The notes under the pieces are model-generated. The model was not told the DNA's origin. It saw nothing but the letters and a program-made list of their open reading frames with translations, and did not search any database. The position numbers and the translations under genes were made by a program. A DNA stretch of 10,719 nt from a bacterium. GTDB lineage: Bacteria; Muiribacteriota; UBA6191. This document shows positions 5,569-10,719 of this stretch, piece by piece. Position 1 is the first letter of the stretch. The number at the start of each line of letters is the position of its first letter. Location of the stretch: positions 1 through 10,719 of the forward strand of contig JAYZAC010000028.1 of the NCBI GenBank assembly GCA_036339875.1, in the 5' to 3' direction.

Positions 5569-7839
5569 ATGCAACAAAGTAAACAAATCCGTATTTTGAA
5601 TAGTATTCTAGAGAATCATTTAACGTGCCTGCCAGAGGTACTAAAATCAGGAAAGTCAGATACCATTTTTGTTGCTTTGAAGCTGATTAGTATCATTGGA
5701 TTCAGAAAGTATGATGGATGTATACAGTCAAAAGATTTTTTTTTACAGAATTTTTCGGCCTGTATTGAGTTTCTGAGGAATAAACCTCTATCGCGCTATC
5801 TTAAACTGCTTACGAGGGACATACTAAGTTTTAATCATCAGCAACAGGTTGAAATTTTGAGTATATTACCCAGATTCAACGAGTCTTTAAAACTAACAGA
5901 TTTTTTAATAAAACGATTTGATGAATTTGACGAAATTCAATGGCTTGATGTCCTTATCACTATATCGAAATTAAAGCAAAATAATGGGATTGATTTTGTT
6001 GTAGATAAGTTGGATATCTTATCAACTGATGATGAGTCAATTCTTTTAGCTAAACTCTCGAGTTTAAATATAGAATTTGATCAAGACGTTACTAGAATTT
6101 TTCGAGATCGTTTCGAGTCATGTGAAAAAATAGAATTGAAAATCGCCTATCTTAGACTTTTATGTTCAGGTGAAAGAAAAGTAGCTGTTCCCACAATAAT
6201 TGATAGTTTATCAAATTGTCCTGAGGCGTTAATAACTGAAGCTATTCAAGCTTTGATTAGACTAAGATTGCATGCACAAATTCCTTCTTCATCTTTGACT
6301 CAATATTCAAGTTCAAGCCATTACGGTTTATCTTGCGCAGCAGCACAAGTGTATGCCTTAAATTACATTACAGATAAGGATAAAGAGAGTCTTAAAGTTG
6401 GTATCAGGATAATATCTTTTTTGATGAATGAGGAGTCTAAAGAGGCGAAGTTGGCTGCAATTAAAGCTGCGCATAATTTTGATTCAGATCCCAGAATTGT
6501 TGACTGGATTGGTTCAATGTTAATTAGTGAAACTGATCAAGAGGTTTGTGAATGTGCATTTAAATTTCTAATAAAGCATGTTAATGAGAATGTGAAGCAG
6601 TTTTTTATTAAAGCGCTCGATAAGGATAAATCTCAGTTAAAGGTATTAGCGTTAAACGGGCTTGCTAAGTTTGAAGACTCAGAGTTGTTCGATTTTTTAG
6701 CTGGAGAGGCCCAAAAATCTATAAATGATGTACATGTAGTTGATGCAGCTATCGAAGCCATGTCTAGGGCAATTCCTCCAAATAAAGAAAATGTTTATGA
6801 AGAATTTTTGAAGCATAACAACCCACGCGTACAGAGAGCTGCTATTAGAGGTTTGATGAACTGGTATACCGAAAATTTAAAGCATTGCTTGGAGAGGGTA
6901 TATCAAAAATGTAGTGGGGAAAATAAATCTCTGGCAGCATGTGTTTTATTTCGCTTCGGAACGCCCTACGTTCTCGATGATTTGTTACAAATGTTGGAAA
7001 GTCCTCAAATGGCAGATAAAAAGATCGCTTTACAAGCTATTTATGACATTTTTGTCTATTTACATGATACTCCCGTAGACCGTTTTCCCAAAGAACTCAT
7101 AAGCATACTGGAAATTCATTATAGAGAGGCCGAGGCAAGAGTTGCTAAGGAAGATGTTTTACTCGACTTTTATGTTGAAGAGGTTCTAACAATTAGACAT
7201 TTATATACTCAAGGTAATCTTTCAGAGTGTGAGAATTTTATCCAATCAATAGAACCAACTTTTCGACGTAGCTTTTATGTAAGTCTAGCTCAGATGTGGA
7301 TACAACAAAGAAGAAATTTGGATATTAATTCAGAAGAGTGCCTGAGACTCACTAGTCAATCGCCAGATTGTTTTTTGCCATATGAGATACTTAATCGACA
7401 ATATAAGAAATCTCAAAGAAAAACAGAGTATCTTGTCAACCAGATGCGCTTATTAGAAAGTCGTCAGAATTATTACCAAGAAATATTAAATATTCTAGAA
7501 GATTTTTCTCAAGAGGATATAAAAAGTTCTACTTTTAAGAATTTGATAAAAATACTCAGAAACGGAAGTCTTCCTCTCGACCACGGAATTCATCATTTAT
7601 TTGTTCGGATTTATGTGAAACTTAAAACATATCATAAGGCATTCAAGCATTTGAGCTACGGCTTTTTGACTATGAAGCAGCCAAACTATCTAGTAGAGCT
7701 TGCGACAAGTTGTATGAAATGTGGATATCTAGAAAAAGCAAGTGAAATCTGTGAAGTTGGTTTTCAAATTGAATCAAATGATGTTGTGCGTAAAAAGCTA
7801 AAAATTCTTTCTGAGAAAATTGAATTGCTACGTCATTAA
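5569..7839 (+). CDS. HEAT-repeat (alpha-solenoid) protein with TPR-like C-terminal region, function unknown
   Basis: 756-aa ORF with repeated HEAT-like units (IIDSLSNCPEALITEAIQAL, FFIKALDKDKSQLKVLALNGL, EEFLKHNNPRVQRAAIRGL, LLQMLESPQMADKKIALQAI) and TPR-like helices at the end (IYVKLKTYHKAFKHL, YLVELATSCMKCGYLEKASEICEVG). No signal peptide or TM segment is evident. Confidence 0.8.
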   Translation: MQQSKQIRILNSILENHLTCLPEVLKSGKSDTIFVALKLISIIGFRKYDGCIQSKDFFLQNFSACIEFLRNKPLSRYLKLLTRDILSFNHQQQVEILSILPRFNESLKLTDFLIKRFDEFDEIQWLDVLITISKLKQNNGIDFVVDKLDILSTDDESILLAKLSSLNIEFDQDVTRIFRDRFESCEKIELKIAYLRLLCSGERKVAVPTIIDSLSNCPEALITEAIQALIRLRLHAQIPSSSLTQYSSSSHYGLSCAAAQVYALNYITDKDKESLKVGIRIISFLMNEESKEAKLAAIKAAHNFDSDPRIVDWIGSMLISETDQEVCECAFKFLIKHVNENVKQFFIKALDKDKSQLKVLALNGLAKFEDSELFDFLAGEAQKSINDVHVVDAAIEAMSRAIPPNKENVYEEFLKHNNPRVQRAAIRGLMNWYTENLKHCLERVYQKCSGENKSLAACVLFRFGTPYVLDDLLQMLESPQMADKKIALQAIYDIFVYLHDTPVDRFPKELISILEIHYREAEARVAKEDVLLDFYVEEVLTIRHLYTQGNLSECENFIQSIEPTFRRSFYVSLAQMWIQQRRNLDINSEECLRLTSQSPDCFLPYEILNRQYKKSQRKTEYLVNQMRLLESRQNYYQEILNILEDFSQEDIKSSTFKNLIKILRNGSLPLDHGIHHLFVRIYVKLKTYHKAFKHLSYGFLTMKQPNYLVELATSCMKCGYLEKASEICEVGFQIESNDVVRKKLKILSEKIELLRH

Positions 7840-7888
7840 TCATTGAACGATTATTCTGTGTTGAGCGTCATTTTCCGACAAGTTTAAT

Positions 7889-8773
7889 ATGAAGGAACAA
7901 GACTTACCGAGAATTCATCCATCTGTAGAATTTCTATTATTCTTTGTAATATCCATACTATTTTACGGTGGTTATCAGATACAGAATCAAATTAATCGCA
8001 CTCCTGAGATGCAAAAGGTTTTGAAAGATATGAAGTCTGGGCCGTTGAAATTCCAGCTATTGAGTGAGAAAGGTTTCAGAGTAGATGTTGATATTTATGA
8101 AAAGAGTGATAGCGACTTATTGGCTCAAATAGGTGATCGTGTAAAAATTAAATATCGTGTAAGTTTTGCTGATGGTAGTCAAGTTGATTCTAGTTCGAAT
8201 AGAATGGCTACTGAAGATTTTGTTGTTGGGTATGCACGAGCGATACCCGGATTGGATCTTGGAATTCGCAGGATTTCGCAGGGTTCTCGAGCTCGCGTTC
8301 GCGTACCATGGCCCTTAGCTTACGGTGAGGAGGGACTCAGTAATATAATACCCCCTCGGGCAGATCTAATTTTCGATATTCAAGTGATTGAGGTCAAAGA
8401 TTCTGGAATTCCAAGAAGACAGCCAAATATAAATGGGCTCACGTATCGAAAATTAGGTGAAATGAAATATTGGGTATTGAGAGAAGGCCTTGGTATAAGT
8501 CCTAAAGATGGAGAAGTTGTTGGACTCGCATATGTAGCATGGGATGAGAACGGAGAACTAATTCACAGCTCTTACTTCACTGAAAAAAAATATGAAGTTC
8601 GAGTTGGTCAATCTCCAATCAAGGGGTGGAATAAACTACTAAAGCAAATGCTTCCAGGGCAACAAGTGTATGTAAAAATTCCACCTGAATTAGCCTTACG
8701 GAATCGCAATGTAAAGGGTTTAAATACACTTCAGCCTATCTATTTTTGGTTAGAATATCTTGGTAAAGAGTAG
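7889..8773 (+). CDS. Membrane-anchored FKBP-type peptidyl-prolyl isomerase with two FKBP domains
   Basis: N-terminal hydrophobic stretch FLLFFVISILFYGGY. Domain 1: GDRVKIKY..DGSQVDSS..IPGLDLGI..LAYG..IPPRADLIFDI. Domain 2: LREGLG.SPKDGEVV.LAY..PIKGW..M.PG..IPPELA. Confidence 0.88.
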   Translation: MKEQDLPRIHPSVEFLLFFVISILFYGGYQIQNQINRTPEMQKVLKDMKSGPLKFQLLSEKGFRVDVDIYEKSDSDLLAQIGDRVKIKYRVSFADGSQVDSSSNRMATEDFVVGYARAIPGLDLGIRRISQGSRARVRVPWPLAYGEEGLSNIIPPRADLIFDIQVIEVKDSGIPRRQPNINGLTYRKLGEMKYWVLREGLGISPKDGEVVGLAYVAWDENGELIHSSYFTEKKYEVRVGQSPIKGWNKLLKQMLPGQQVYVKIPPELALRNRNVKGLNTLQPIYFWLEYLGKE

Positions 8774-8786
8774 ATTTAATTTCGTT

Positions 8787-9521
8787 CTATTTATTAAAAT
8801 AGTTGGAGTAAACTCTAGGTAATTGCTCGGGGAAATCATTAATAAATCCATAGATCCCTAAACTCACCAGCTCAGAAACTCTTTGGTCAGTTAAAACTCG
8901 ATTAGTCCATGGAATCATCTTTAAACCTGCATGATTGGCTAATTCTACAGTCTCTGAGTTAACTAAGCGTTGTTCCATGTGTAATGAAAATAAGCCTAGT
9001 TCTCCACATCGACGAATTTTTCTTCGCCATCCGAAGCGTTGAGAAATAACCAAACCAAGAGGGAGTTTTGGATCTAAGTCTTGAACTCTCTTTAGAATAT
9101 TCATAAAAAAAGAAGACACTATAATATTGGTTCGAGTATTGTATTTACTGAGTAGACTAGCCAACTGGGGTTCCATGCCTGGTGCCTTTATTTCTATATT
9201 TAATCCGGTAGATGGAAAAGTTTCCAGAACTTCCTCTAGGGTAGGCATAGTTTCGTTCTTAAAGTCCTGATGAAACCAATTGCCAAAATCCAGACTTTTT
9301 AATTGTTTTAATTCTTGTCGTCGTATTCGTCCGGAACCATTGGAGGTTCTATTCAATCTAGCGTCATGAGCTACTACCACATGCCCATCACCCGTTAACC
9401 TGACGTCTAACTCAAGATAATCGGCTCCCTCGCTTATAGCTCGATGGAAGCTGGCTAACGTATTTTCTGGTGAACGAAATCGGGACCCTCGATGAGCGAT
9501 ATTTAGTATCTGATTACCCAC
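8787..9521 (-). CDS. Glycerophosphodiester phosphodiesterase (GDPD, UgpQ/GlpQ family), likely cytoplasmic
   Basis: IAHRG, PENTLASF, ELDV, VVAHD, NIEIK, SSF and WT motifs. Start placed at GTG 9521 after GGGGGAG, giving MGNQILNIAHRG; the ORF track start is TTG 9563. Confidence 0.93.
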   Translation of the reverse strand: MGNQILNIAHRGSRFRSPENTLASFHRAISEGADYLELDVRLTGDGHVVVAHDARLNRTSNGSGRIRRQELKQLKSLDFGNWFHQDFKNETMPTLEEVLETFPSTGLNIEIKAPGMEPQLASLLSKYNTRTNIIVSSFFMNILKRVQDLDPKLPLGLVISQRFGWRRKIRRCGELGLFSLHMEQRLVNSETVELANHAGLKMIPWTNRVLTDQRVSELVSLGIYGFINDFPEQLPRVYSNYFNK

Positions 9522-9543
9522 TTCTCCCCCATTTAATACTTTT

Positions 9544-9552
9544 ATTTTAACA
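9544..9552 (-). promoter_or_regulatory. Candidate extended -10 promoter for the GDPD gene
   Basis: TGTTAAAAT (TGn + TAAAAT) on the minus strand; it would give a leader of about 16 nt containing the SD before GTG 9521. Confidence 0.45.
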
Positions 9553-9582
9553 GCATGCAACAAACGTTAACAAAATGTAACT
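9547..9582. repeat. Four hexamer direct repeats at exact 10-bp period (candidate regulator site)
   Basis: TTAACA (9547), GCAACA (9557), TTAACA (9567) and GTAACT (9577), in the divergent GDPD/ddl intergenic region. Confidence 0.45.
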
Positions 9583-9609
9583 AATATGATGTATTTTTGT
9601 AAGTGAAAA

Positions 9610-10686
9610 ATGAGCAAAATGAAAAAAATATTGATTGCTATGGGGGGGTTAGGTAGTGAATTTTCTGTATCACTGTCTTCTGGTCGTCATGTGTTCGAAA
9701 ACTTTCCTAAAGGGGAGTATGAGCCAATAATATTATTGATGCTTCCGGATGGTCGCATCTGCTTAAAACGTGATCTCAGTTTTTTGAATGGAGACGGTAA
9801 TCTTCTTGAGCTTAAAGATAATTGGGAAAAGTCCTCAGCTATCTACCAAATTGGTGATTGGCAGCAAATGCTTAATAGCTCATCAATAGAATCTGATTCA
9901 ATCTATGGTGTTTTAATTATGATTCATGGGCGAGGTGGCGAAGATGGTTTACTTTCATCATTTTTTGAGCTTCAAAATATTCCTTTTGCAGGATTTGATT
10001 CGAAGGCTTCACAGATCTGTTTTGATAAGCACTTATGTAAATTGATCTGGCGTGACAGAGGATGGTCTGTTACGGATTTTTGTCTAGCTTATGAAGCGCA
10101 GCCCATCTTGAGTCTTTCTGAATTTGAGAGTTTATACCCTTTAACTGAAGGTTGGTGTGTAAAGCCAGCACGAGAGGGTTCCAGTGTTGGGGTTAAAATG
10201 GTCTTTAGGAAAAAAGAGCTAACTTATGCCCTCAATAATGCATTTTTTTATGATACTAAATTACTTATTGAACCTATGCTAAAAGATTTTAGAGAGCTAG
10301 AGGTCGCTGTGATGGAAATTGATGGAGAATGGCGCTCTAGTGCAGTTGGAGAGATTTTCAACAAGCCTCAGACACATTATGATTTTGAGTCAAAGTATGG
10401 GGTTAACTCTACAAGAACAGGTTTAGCTAAGCTGCCAAAAAATTTAATTAAACATATAAGAGAATTAGCAATTGATGTGGTTAAAAGTATTCAAGGACGA
10501 GGATTTGCGCGGGTTGACTTTTTTCTAACTGACAAGCAAGATGTCTACATTAACGAAGTTAATAGTCTGCCCGGGTTCACAGGCATATCTATGTTTCCAT
10601 GGTTATGGCAGCAGGATGGTCTCAGTAGTTCGCAACTAATCGATAATTTAATCAAGGGGATCAGACCTAATGGCCAAAGAAAATAA
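9610..10686 (+). CDS. ddl: D-alanine--D-alanine ligase
   Basis: GG..SE..VSL.S, HGRGGEDG, VKPAREGSSVG, RELEVAV, YDFESKY, ARVDFF and NEVNSLPGFT..SMFP motifs. The start could be ATG 9610 or 9619. Confidence 0.95.
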   Translation: MSKMKKILIAMGGLGSEFSVSLSSGRHVFENFPKGEYEPIILLMLPDGRICLKRDLSFLNGDGNLLELKDNWEKSSAIYQIGDWQQMLNSSSIESDSIYGVLIMIHGRGGEDGLLSSFFELQNIPFAGFDSKASQICFDKHLCKLIWRDRGWSVTDFCLAYEAQPILSLSEFESLYPLTEGWCVKPAREGSSVGVKMVFRKKELTYALNNAFFYDTKLLIEPMLKDFRELEVAVMEIDGEWRSSAVGEIFNKPQTHYDFESKYGVNSTRTGLAKLPKNLIKHIRELAIDVVKSIQGRGFARVDFFLTDKQDVYINEVNSLPGFTGISMFPWLWQQDGLSSSQLIDNLIKGIRPNGQRK

Positions 10687-10719
10687 GAAGACTGAGGTTG
10701 ATCGTGTAGATCAATTGTT
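10670..10719 (+). CDS. Start of an unidentified downstream gene (partial), overlapping the ddl 3' end
   Basis: SD AAGGGGA (10654-10660) 9 nt before ATG 10670; frame MAKENKKTEVDRVDQL is open to the window edge. Confidence 0.55.
   Translation, partial: MAKENKKTEVDRVDQL

Noticed and set aside
5566..5571. Stop-codon readthrough fusing DnaB to the in-frame HEAT protein (TAG-ATG)
   Set aside because: DnaB ends at its normal length, and TAG is also an ordinary stop for rpsR, rplI and the FKBP gene. Nothing supports recoding, and translational coupling is the simpler explanation.
5569..7839. Horizontally acquired island or defence gene
   Set aside because: It looks only slightly more AT-rich by eye, with no flanking repeats, integrase or tRNA, and no NTPase or nuclease motif.
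8787..9521. Displaced GdpP (c-di-AMP phosphodiesterase) partner of YybS
   Set aside because: The motifs are those of the GDPD TIM-barrel family, not DHH/DHHA1.
9610..10686. Van-type or D-Ala-D-Lac ligase
   Set aside because: The omega loop YDFESKY keeps the Tyr equivalent to DdlB Y216, and no vanH/vanX/vanRS genes are in the window.

Overview
An AT-rich bacterial housekeeping region. In order: the 5' end of a secreted-protein gene on the minus strand (1..162, missed by the ORF track); a Cys-rich DUF2797-like gene; then rpsF-ssb-rpsR-DUF2232(YybS-like)-rplI, preceded by a strong sigma70-type promoter and a probable S6:S18 autoregulatory leader. A long terminator hairpin and a perfect extended -10 promoter separate this from dnaB. 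dnaB abuts a 756-aa HEAT-repeat/TPR-like gene with no gap, followed by a membrane-anchored double-FKBP PPIase. The window ends with a convergent glycerophosphodiester phosphodiesterase, a divergent D-Ala-D-Ala ligase and the start of one more overlapping gene. I saw no mobile element, CRISPR array, tRNA/rRNA or intein. The best candidate for something undescribed is the apparently separate, near-leaderless dnaB-HEAT/TPR(-FKBP) unit; its function is inference only. All family calls come from recognising motifs by eye, not from database searches.
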